Source of the DNA: Mizuhopecten yessoensis
Lineage: Eukaryota
Direction: 5' to 3'
Assembly: GCF_002113885.1 (NCBI RefSeq)
Contig: NW_018408535.1
Coordinates: forward strand, 46,691-110,690
Length of the DNA stretch: 64,000 bases
The notes under the pieces were generated by a model. It was not told the origin of the DNA. It ran no database searches and was given only the letters and a program-made list of their open reading frames with translations. Numbering within the stretch: position 1 is the first letter of the stretch; each line of letters opens with the position of its first letter. Of this stretch, positions 53,907 through 64,000 are shown piece by piece. The position numbers and the translations under genes were made by a program.

Positions 53907-54075
53907 GTCGTTGTCTTTAGGAGAAGTATATTTCCTTTCTTTTGTACACAGTTAAATGTTTGTCGATCTTGTCCTTCTATGACAGAGGTGACCTGTGTCC
54001 TCCCCAGTTTGAGGACAACCTCTGAACTGACCACATCCCAGCTGCCTCGGTAATAGGGGGCAATTACGCATGGTC
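53907..54075 (-). CDS. Gene D coding exon 2 (start of domain 1)
   Basis: ccctgtaacAG acceptor, AC|GTAAGT donor; phase 1 to 2; GPCVIAPYYRGSWDVV...FNCVQKKGNILLLKTT. Confidence 0.85.
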
Positions 54076-54307
54076 CTGTTACAGGGAATACTTATACATT
54101 AGGTAAAGATAATAATAATAAGCATACACAGAAAACGTTTTATAACTCTGAATCGTCTTAATGGTAAACTTATATACATTACGCAATCACGTTGTTGGTA
54201 AAGTTAGTTTACATTGAACGAGTGTTACATAAACATCTGTTACTCGTAATTACCTGTCAGTTTAAATTTTGATTTTCAATGAATATATAAAGTTATTAAT
54301 ATTTTAC

Positions 54308-54374
54308 CGTAAGCACAGATCACGATGTTTGATCCAAGTAGAAGTAAACCTTCTAAAGCCAGGAGTTGTTTCAT
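54308..54374 (-). CDS. Gene D coding exon 1 (signal peptide); uncharacterised secreted two-domain protein, join(54374-54308,54075-53907,53750-53668,50585-50457,49873-49708,49059-48965,47459-47341) = 275 aa
   Basis: MKQLLALEGLLLLGSNIVICAY-G; acceptor just 5' of the ATG (ttcttgtctgtttAG), donor G|GTAAAA; all seven exons join into one open frame of 828 nt. Confidence 0.78.
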
Positions 54375-54795
54375 CGCTTATCTAAACAGACAAGAAAACA
54401 TTTTGAGAATTAACATATCAGGAGTATGTCCATACCAATAGGAAATGACGAGACATCAACACAAATTCTGAGGAGAAAAACATCTGAAGGTTATCCTGGA
54501 CGACGCGCGGCACCAGTCATTGTGTCTGACGTCCAATGTAGCATTGAGTTACATTATATGTGGGTCCCCAACGACACAGTAAAAAACTATTTAACCATAG
54601 TAGACAGGGATTTACATGGATTATTCAGCATAGCATACGGCCTAACTAGTAGAAAACATAAGTGCTGAGTTGTTTCCTGGTAGACAGAAAGAATTTACCA
54701 AAATAAATGGAGCAATGAGAACGGAACCAACGCGATTTGACATGTAAAATGGATAACTCTACATAAACGATAATTACGTATCACTACATACATGT

Positions 54796-55364
54796 CTAAC
54801 TTACGTACATGTAGCTGTGTCTATGGCAGACCAAGTCTTCTAACTTACGTAGCTGTGTCTTAGGCGGACCAAGTCTTCCAACTTACGTAGCTGTGTCTTA
54901 GGCGGACCAAGTCTTCTAACTTACGTAGCTGTGTCAATGGCAGACCAAGTCTTCTAACTTACGTAGATGTGTCTATGGCAGACCAAGTCTTCTAACTTAC
55001 GTAGCTGTGTCAATGGCAGACCAAGTCTTCTAACTTACGTAGATGTGTCTTAGGTGGACCAAGTCGTACTTACGTAGCTGTGTCTATGGCGGACTAAGTC
55101 TTCTAACTTACGTAGATGTGTCTTAGGCGGACCAAGTCTAACTTACAATGTACGTAGCTGTGTCTATGGCGGACTAAGTCTTCTAACTTACGTAGCTGTG
55201 TCTATGGCGGACTAAGTCTTCTAACTTACGTAGCTGTGTCTTAGGCGGACCAAGTCTTCCAACCTACGTAGCTGTGTCTATGGCGGACCAAGTCTTCTAA
55301 CTTACGTAGATGTGTCTATGGCGGACCAAGTCTTCTAACTTACGTAGCTGTGTCTTAGGCAGAC
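54796..55364. repeat. 38-bp minisatellite (~15 copies) containing a minus-strand GTAAGT donor
   Basis: CTAACTTACGTAGCTGTGTCTATGGCGGACCAAGTCTT. Confidence 0.94.
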
Positions 55365-55480
55365 AACGTTTTTGACTACGTAGACACGTTATAAACACTT
55401 TCTGTTGATTCATATTGATCTTGTTACATACTTGAAATGTCATTTCTGTGGGTTGATTTATATGTGATAGTATCCTGGAG
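55344..55480 (-). other. Candidate 5'-UTR exon of gene D
   Basis: tctacatttacAG acceptor and C|GTAAGT donor (first unit of the 38-bp array); upstream of the ATG exon, which has its own acceptor. Confidence 0.4.
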
Positions 55481-56464
55481 CTGTAAATGTAGACAAGGTT
55501 GTCTGATGTCAATTAACTCTCGGTAACAGCCGATGTACCTAACTTAATCAATGAGAGCTTAAAATATCAGTGCTATAATTATAGTAGACATACATTTGTA
55601 AAAATAATCAGGGCAATTCGTCCCGAGATATAGATGGAACAGATGGTGTTATTTATGTTTGTGAACTTTGATCCTAAAATATATATTTCATAGATAACGT
55701 CTGAAATTATTGGACAGCCGTCAACTCGGTGAAATTAATATAAATACTTGCAATACGATTACCGTAATGATTATTTAATAGTTTTTACCACAATTTCCTT
55801 TTATTATCAACCCCCAAGTCATCCATTAAAAGGGTGATCACACTGATTGGTTGAAATCGTAGACTTCGGAATGTGGCGATTTGAACTTCCACTGAGGATA
55901 TTCAAACGCGATTTTGTACAAGACCATATTAGATGCGTACATTTTATAAGCGTGTGGTAAAATAATGTTATGCCATATCAAGGAGTGTTAACTAAAGTCT
56001 TTGTCACGCCAAAGTTTTAATATTACATTATTTGACAAAAATGAATTTGAAATAAAAGGAAACTGCATAATGAATTTGAATTTATCCTCGACATAACGAG
56101 TATGAAGCACGTTTTTTTTCTAACACTTTCTATATAAATGCTAAGTGAAGTCAAACGAATACATGAATTATTTTCCCATACAATTGGTCAGCAGGTTTTC
56201 TCATGTAAAATTACAAACTAATGAGAACATTTACAAAGATTTTCTAGATGCGACAACATCTGTTGTATTCAATAAAACTCCGTATGTTATCAGCATATAC
56301 CTGATCTTACGTTCAGATCTAGAGTTGCCGTTCAATAGAAATCCTAGCTACTCAATTCTGATTGTATATTTACAATTCATTCAAAGTATTAAAAATTAAA
56401 CTTTATTTAATTTACAACAATTGCGAACCAAGTTCTATCAACTTATATAAATCACTGTTGTTAA

Positions 56465-56635
56465 CCCGGATGGTAGCGCTAATGGAGACGTATGTGAGAG
56501 GAAACAGGAGTACCGGAGGAAAACCCAAGTGGTCAGACAGGTGACCCTATACCTTTTCACGTCAAATCAGATAATTAAACCCCGACTGTTTTGGTGAAAG
56601 CCGAGTGTGTTATACACTGCACCACACGACCACCC
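56465..56635 (-). mobile_element. tRNA-derived V-like SINE (second family)
   Basis: Reverse complement GGGTGGTCGTGTGGTGCAGTG (A box), degenerate B box, core GGGTTTTCCTCCGGTACTCCTGTTTCCTCTCAC. Confidence 0.75.
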
Positions 56636-56704
56636 ACAGTTCAATTATCATAATTTTTAAATTATTAACAAGCATAACCTGATAAGTATTCATAATAGCA
56701 TTTA

Positions 56705-57930
56705 AATAGCAATTATCAGGAAGTATACGATCATTCGCACTGACCTATATGATAGAATTAGAAATAGTGATTATCAGGAAATATATGATCATTTTCACTT
56801 ACCTTTATGATAGAATTAGATATAGCAATTATCAGGAAATATATGATCATTTGCACTTACCTTTATGATAGAATTAGAAATAGTAATTATCAGGAAATAT
56901 ATGATCATTTGCACTTACCTATATGATAGAATTAGAAATAATAATTATCAGGAAGTATATGATCATTTGCACATACCTTTATGTTAGAATTAGAAATAGT
57001 AATTATCAGGAAATATATGATCATTTTTCACTTACCTTTATGATAGAATTAGATATAGCAATTATCAGGAAATATATGATCATTTGGACTTACCTATATG
57101 ATAGAATTAGAAATAATAATTATCAGGAAGTATATGATCATTTGCACTTACCTTTAGGATAGAATTAGAAATAGTAATTATTAGGAAATATATGATTTTT
57201 GCACTTACCTATATGATAGAATTAGAAATAGTAATTATCAGGAAGTATATGATCATTTGCACTTACCTTTATGTTAGAATTAGAAATAGTAATTATCAGG
57301 AAGTATATGATCATTTGCACTTACATATATGATAGGATTAGAAATAGTAATTATCAGGAAGTAAATGATCATTTGCACCTACCTTTATGTTAGAATTAGA
57401 AATAGTAATTATCAGGAAGTATATGATCATTTGCACTTACCTTTAGGATAGAGTTAGAAATAGTAATTATCAGGAAATATATGATCATTTGCACTTACAT
57501 ATATGATAGAATTAGAAATAGTAATTATCAGGAAGTAAATGATCATTTGCACTTACCTTTATGTTAGAATTAGAAATAGTAATTATCAGGAAATATATGA
57601 TCATTTGCACTTACCTATATGATAGAATTAGAAACAGTAATTATCAGGAAATATATGATCATTTGCACTTACATATATGATAGAATTAGAAATAGAAATT
57701 ATCAGGAAATATATGATCATTTTCACTTACCTTTATGATAGAATTAGATATAGCAATTATCAGGAAGTATATGATCATTTGCACTTACCTTTATGATAGA
57801 ATTAGAAATAGTAATTATTAGGAAATATATGATTTTTGCACTTACCTATACGATAGAATTAGAAATAGTAATTATCAGGAAGTATATGATCATTTGCACT
57901 TACCTATATGATAGAATTAGAAATAGTAAT
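56705..57930. repeat. 58-bp minisatellite (~21 copies) containing minus-strand AG|GTAAGTG
   Basis: AATAGTAATTATCAGGAAATATATGATCATTTGCACTTACCTWTATGATAGAATTAGA. Confidence 0.95.
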
Positions 57931-58266
57931 AAGCTTTCATGTATTTCAATAACGATGAATTCGGGACATATAGCGTTTACAGGGACATGGTTAGCCATTC
58001 ATAAGTATCTAGTATTATTGTCTCAACTGTCTCATTGTGTTACTTAGATGCAGTATTTTGATATCGTTTTACAATGTGTTTGCCAACACCTGAAGTCTTT
58101 TTTCTCAGAAACATACCTTCTAAACTGCTATGTACATGTAGCTGCAGGAAGACACAGCATCCCATTAGCCCTACTCTTCTACTAATTTAAATGTATAAAA
58201 CTGATCTTTACGTTTCGAAATCCAAATGACTGTTACTTAATTTATTTGATGACACAATAGCCCCCT

Positions 58267-58298
<32 letters not shown>

Positions 58299-58726
58299 TT
58301 TTTGGTACTTGTTACTGGGTTTTATTAAAAAAAAATCGTAAGAATTTAACAGCATATCCAAATAGTTGAAATCTTTGACAATTCTTCGTTAAAGCCAACC
58401 ATTTTACATCCTCTCGTGCATGTCCACTTTTTAAAAAATCTTATCAACATACATGCACGTGTGTGTGTGTGCTAGTTTACATCTAAAATAGATAACAGAG
58501 CACGAGGTGATTCTCCAACCAAAACACTGTTACAGTAAACAAGATTGCCAGATCTATATCAACCGGCAGGCAGTATTTATTTTACAAAATTCGTTTCTCA
58601 ATCATTGACAATCTATGAAATTAGCAGAATAACTTCTAATTGAGATAGAGCGATTTTTTTGTGTGTATTATTTGGAAAGTAATCAGAATTAATACCATTG
58701 TGCTTAACTCGTGATTAATTACAGAG

Positions 58727-61410
58727 GTTAATAGCCTAGATACAACTGTATGCCTCCGTATTTACCAGTGCCATTTCTAGTTAATAGCCTAGATACAACT
58801 GTATGCCTCCGTATTTACCAGTGTCATTTCTAGTTAACAGCCTAGATACAACTGTATGCCTCCGTATTTACCAGTGCCATTTCTAGTTAATAGCCTAGAT
58901 ACAACTGTATGCCTCCGTATTTACCAGTGTCATTTCTAGTTAACAGCCTAGATACAACTGTATGCCTCCGTATTTACCAGTGCCATTTCTAGTTAATAGC
59001 CTAGATACAACTGTATGCCTCCGTATTTACCAGTGCCATTTCTAGTTAATAGCCTAGATACAACTGTATGCCTCCGTATTTACCAGTGCCATTTCTAGTT
59101 AATAGCCTAGATACAACTGTATGCCTCCGTATTTACCAGTGCCATTTCTAGTTAATAGCCTAGATACAACTGTATGCCTCCGTATTTACCAGTGCCATTT
59201 CTAGTTAATAGCCTAGATACAACTGTATGCCTCCGTATTTACCAGTGCCATTTCTAGTTAATAGCCTAGATACAACTGTATGCCTCCGTATTTACCAGTG
59301 CCATTTCTAGTTAATAGCCTAGATACAACTGTATGCCTCCGTATTTACCAGTGCCATTTCTAGTTAATAGCCTAGATACAACTGTATGCCTCCGTATTTA
59401 CCAGTGCCATTTCTAGTTAATAGCCTAGATACAACTGTATGCCTCCGTATTTACCAGTGCCATTTCTAGTTAATAGCCTAGATACAACTGTATGCCTCCG
59501 TATTTACCAGTGCCATTTCTAGTTAATAGCCTAGATACAACTGTATGCCTCCGTATTTACCAGTGCCATTTCTAGTTAATAGCCTAGATACAACTGTATG
59601 CCTCCGTATTTACCAGTGCCATTTCTAGTTAATAGCCTAGATACAACTGTATGCCTCCGTATTTACCAGTGCCATTTCTAGTTAATAGCCTAGATACAAC
59701 TGTATGCCTCCGTATTTACCAGTGCCATTTCTAGTTAATAGCCTAGATACAACTGTATGCCTCCGTATTTACCAGTGCCATTTCTAGTTAATAGCCTAGA
59801 TACAACTGTATGCCTCCGTATTTACCAGTGCCATTTCTAGTTAATAGCCTAGATACAACTGTATGCCTCCGTATTTACCAGTGCCATTTCTAGTTAATAG
59901 CCTAGATACAACTGTATGCCTCCGTATTTACCAGTGCCATTTCTAGTTAATAGCCTAGATACAACTGTATGCCTCCGTATTTACCAGTGCCATTTCTAGT
60001 TAATAGCCTAGATACAACTGTATGCCTCCGTATTTACCAGTGCCATTTCTAGTTAATAGCCTAGATACAACTGTATGCCTCCGTATTTACCAGTGCCATT
60101 TCTAGTTAATAGCCTAGATACAACTGTATGCCTCCGTATTTACCAGTGCCATTTCTAGTTAATAGCCTAGATACAACTGTATGCCTCCGTATTTACCAGT
60201 GCCATTTCTAGTTAATAGCCTAGATACAACTGTATGCCTCCGTATTTACCAGTGCCATTTCTAGTTAATAGCCTAGATACAACTGTATGCCTCCGTATTT
60301 ACCAGTGCCATTTCTAGTTAATAGCCTAGATACAACTGTATGCCTCCGTATTTACCAGTGCCATTTCTAGTTAATAGCCTAGATACAACTGTATGCCTCC
60401 GTATTTACCAGTGCCATTTCTAGTTAATAGCCTAGATACAACTGTATGCCTCCGTATTTACCAGTGCCATTTCTAGTTAATAGCCTAGATACAACTGTAT
60501 GCCTCCGTATTTACCAGTGCCATTTCTAGTTAATAGCCTAGATACAACTGTATGCCTCCGTATTTACCAGTGCCATTTCTAGTTAATAGCCTAGATACAA
60601 CTGTATGCCTCCGTATTTACCAGTGCCATTTCTAGTTAATAGCCTAGATACAACTGTATGCCTCCGTATTTACCAGTGCCATTTCTAGTTAATAGCCTAG
60701 ATACAACTGTATGCCTCCGTATTTACCAGTGCCATTTCTAGTTAATAGCCTAGATACAACTGTATGCCTCCGTATTTACCAGTGCCATTTCTAGTTAATA
60801 GCCTAGATACAACTGTATGCCTCCGTATTTACCAGTGCCATTTCTAGTTAATAGCCTAGATACAACTGTATGCCTCCGTATTTACCAGTGCCATTTCTAG
60901 TTAATAGCCTAGATACAACTGTATGCCTCCGTATTTACCAGTGCCATTTCTAGTTAATAGCCTAGATACAACTGTATGCCTCCGTATTTACCAGTGCCAT
61001 TTCTAGTTAATAGCCTAGATACAACTGTATGCCTCCGTATTTACCAGTGCCATTTCTAGTTAATAGCCTAGATACAACTGTATGCCTCCGTATTTACCAG
61101 TGCCATTTCTAGTTAATAGCCTAGATACAACTGTATGCCTCCGTATTTACCAGTGCCATTTCTAGTTAACAGCCTAGATACAACTGTATGCCTCCGTATT
61201 TACCAGTGCCATTTCTAGTTAACAGCCTAGATACAACTGTATATTTCCGTATTTACCAGTGCCATTTCTAGTTAATAGCCTAGATACAACCGTATGCCTC
61301 CGTATTTACCAGTGCCATTTCTAGTTAATAGCCTAGAAACAACTGTATGCCTCCGTATTTACCAGTGCCATTTCTAGTTAATAGCCCAGATACAACCGTA
61401 TGCCATTTCT
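58727..61410. repeat. 53-bp almost invariant tandem array, ~50 copies
   Basis: GTTAATAGCCTAGATACAACTGTATGCCTCCGTATTTACCAGTGCCATTTCTA. Confidence 0.98.
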
Positions 61411-61754
61411 ATGTACACTTTGACGACATTCATACAGCGACATGATAAAATTAAATTAAAAAAAATATATATACGAATAAATAATGAATAAATAAATAAC
61501 ACTGTTTTCAAACATTCTTTTGTATTGTTTTGTAACTCAATGAAGTACCCTTTTTCACAATTTTCAAAACTTTAAATGGCATACAGCGTGATCAGCATTT
61601 ATAATCATACGATCAAAGAGTGAAACACAATGGTGAATAATCAAAGTATGGTAAACATATGAAATATATTCTTAATCTAAGAGTATGTTTTATTAGAATA
61701 ACAATGTAGTACTTGTACATGTTAATATGATACAGGTGAGGTCGATACCCCCCA

Positions 61755-64000
61755 AACTCACATAACTTCATAGAAGGTGCATACTACAGACCACCATCAG
61801 ATAAAGGACATTCACTCACAGAACTCGAAATATCCCTGAACAGAATAGGAACACAGAACAACACAATAACATTTATTAGCGGAGACTTCAACCTCCCACA
61901 CATAGATTGGTCAAACAACACCACAACACCAGGCAAACCAGACATCATCGACGACAACTCCCTCCCCCAAACCATAGACAAACCCACAAGAGGAGAACAC
62001 ATCCTTGACCTACTACTCACAAATCGTACATCCATCATCAATAAACAAGAAATAGTCCCACCGATAGGCAAGGCAGATCACGACATTATATATACAGAAG
62101 CAGACATTAGACTACAAAAAACACGCAAACCACCTAGGAACATTAACCTATTTAACAAAGCAAACTGGGACAACATCAGAAAAGACCTGACTTATCTAAA
62201 TAATAACTTTCAGGACCTAGACCATCAAAACACAGAAGACCTTTGGGTAAGTTTCAAAACAACACTCCACACATCTACAGAAAAAAAAAACCCATTCCAA
62301 TAAAATCACTAACATACAAACACAGACTACCCAGGATGAACAACTCACAATTTGGCGCCTCCCAAACCAGTCTAAACGCCTCCACCATAAATCAAGGACA
62401 AATCACAAACTTATCCACACGTACAAAACAGTAAAAGCTGAAGCGCAAAAACAAACACGCAATGCATACCTACAATACATTGAGAAGATGATCACAGACC
62501 TACTAATAGGCGAACCTGAAGACCCCAACACAAGGAACAAATACAAGCCATATCTGGCATGGGTAGATGAGGTAATATTCCTTCGTCAGGTATTGTTGTG
62601 TTTTGTTCTGGTGTGAAGGCGTCTTGGAACTGTTCATTTGGTATGTTTGCTTTTGTTTCTGGGTCTGATGTGAGGTGGCCGTTTTTACGTAGTGCTATGA
62701 TGTCTGTGTTTTCTTTTTTGGTGGTTTTAATGAAAGAGAGGAGTTTTTATGATACACATCACATGCCAAGGAGTCGACAAACTAATAAATAACATCAACC
62801 CACACAAAGCAACAGGCCCAAACAATATACACGGCAGAATACTAAAAGAACTCAAGGATATCACAGCACCTATACTAACAAAAATATTCCAAACATCACT
62901 CAATACAGGAACATTACCCAAGGACTAGAAACACGCCAACGTAAACCCCAAATACAAAAAAGGAGAGAAATACAACCCAACAAACTACAGACCAATATCA
63001 CTCACATGCATCGCATGCAAACTCCTAGAACATATCATCGCAAGTACAACCATGAAACACTTAGAAGACAACAAAATACTGCACGACCTACAACATGGCT
63101 TCCGCACATCAAGATCTTGCGAAACACAACTCATTACATTCATACAAGACCTCGCAAAGAACCACAACAACAACAAACAAACAGACAATATCATAATGGA
63201 TTTTGCCAAAGCCTTCGAAAAAGTCCCACAAAACTCCTACAGTACAAACTAAATTATTACGGCATCACTGGAATCACATTAACATGGATAACAGACTTCC
63301 TATCACAACGCACTCAAACAGTAGTTCTTGAGGGCAAACACTCCAACAAAATCCCAGTAACATTTGGAGTGCCTCAAGGAACCTGTTTGGGACCAGTCCT
63401 CTTCCTCATATACATCAACGACTTCCCCGAATACATATCACAAAGTACACTAAGCCTTTTCGCAGATGACAGCATACTATACAAAACAATCAACAACAAA
63501 GACGACACGACAAAACTACAAGTAGATTTAGATGCAGCTAGTAAATGGGAAGAGGACTGGCTCATGAAATTCCCCCCAGACAAATGCACCATACTCACTA
63601 TATCACCAAAACGCACACAAATTAAACACCAATACACACTCCATGACCACACACTAGAATATGTTACTTCAAACAAATATCTAAGCATCACACTTTAAAA
63701 CAACTTAAAATGGGACAAACACATTAACAACATCACATCAAACGCAAATAAATCATTCGGTTTTCTGAAACGCAACCTAAAAATAAATTCACCACACATA
63801 AAAGAACATGCATACAAGGCCATTATAAGACTAAAACTCGAATACTGCTCTTCATTTTGGGACCCACATTATACAAATAACATAAACCAATTAGAAAAAG
63901 TACACGAAGAGCAGCACGGTATGTCCTAAACAAATACCATAACACAAGCTCAGTCACAGACATGATACATAACTTGCAATGGCCAACACTACACACACGC
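61755..64000 (+). mobile_element. Decayed CR1-group LINE ORF2 (APE endonuclease + RT), runs off the window end
   Basis: GAYYRPP, GDFNLPHIDW, PTRGEHILDLLLTN, ADHD; YRPISLTC, QHGFR..SCETQL, DFAKAF, GVPQGTCLGP, LFADD; stops, frameshifts and an internal inversion. Confidence 0.93.

Noticed and set aside
54436-54676. Alternative coding first exon for gene D (..ICVDVSSFPIG)
   Set aside because: In-frame TAA upstream, and a better signal-peptide exon exists at 54374-54308; may be a UTR exon
58727-61410. CRISPR-like appearance of this and other regular arrays
   Set aside because: Head-to-tail units with no unique spacers, no cas genes, and a eukaryotic context

Overview
This is AT-rich metazoan genomic DNA with spliceosomal introns, many minisatellites, SINEs/LINEs and one 380-N gap. 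Its repeat content resembles a bivalve mollusc (inference). I assembled four minus-strand genes by hand from GT-AG boundaries and reading phase. Genes A (15457-11066, 618 aa), B (22856-20522, 228 aa) and C (36904-31125, about 745 aa) are tandem 3-exon paralogs of the claudin/PMP22/EMP four-TM superfamily. All three have a 144-nt exon 2 and phase-1 introns. A and C carry long cytoplasmic tails sharing an unnamed Cys/His module, all three carry a [KR]VxP motif, and B appears truncated. Gene D (54374-47341, 7 coding exons, 275 aa) is not recognisable from the ORF track. It encodes a secreted protein with two tandem C-x6-RG[ST]W domains. Mobile elements include an RTE-like LINE with a 186-bp flanking duplication, a CR1-like LINE with an internal inversion, V-type tRNA SINEs, MITEs, and a Penelope-like inverted repeat with a minimal hammerhead motif. 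The most unusual pattern is that tandem arrays start at 5' splice donors (two well-supported and two candidate cases). One array generates about 20 potential in-frame 33-nt microexons.
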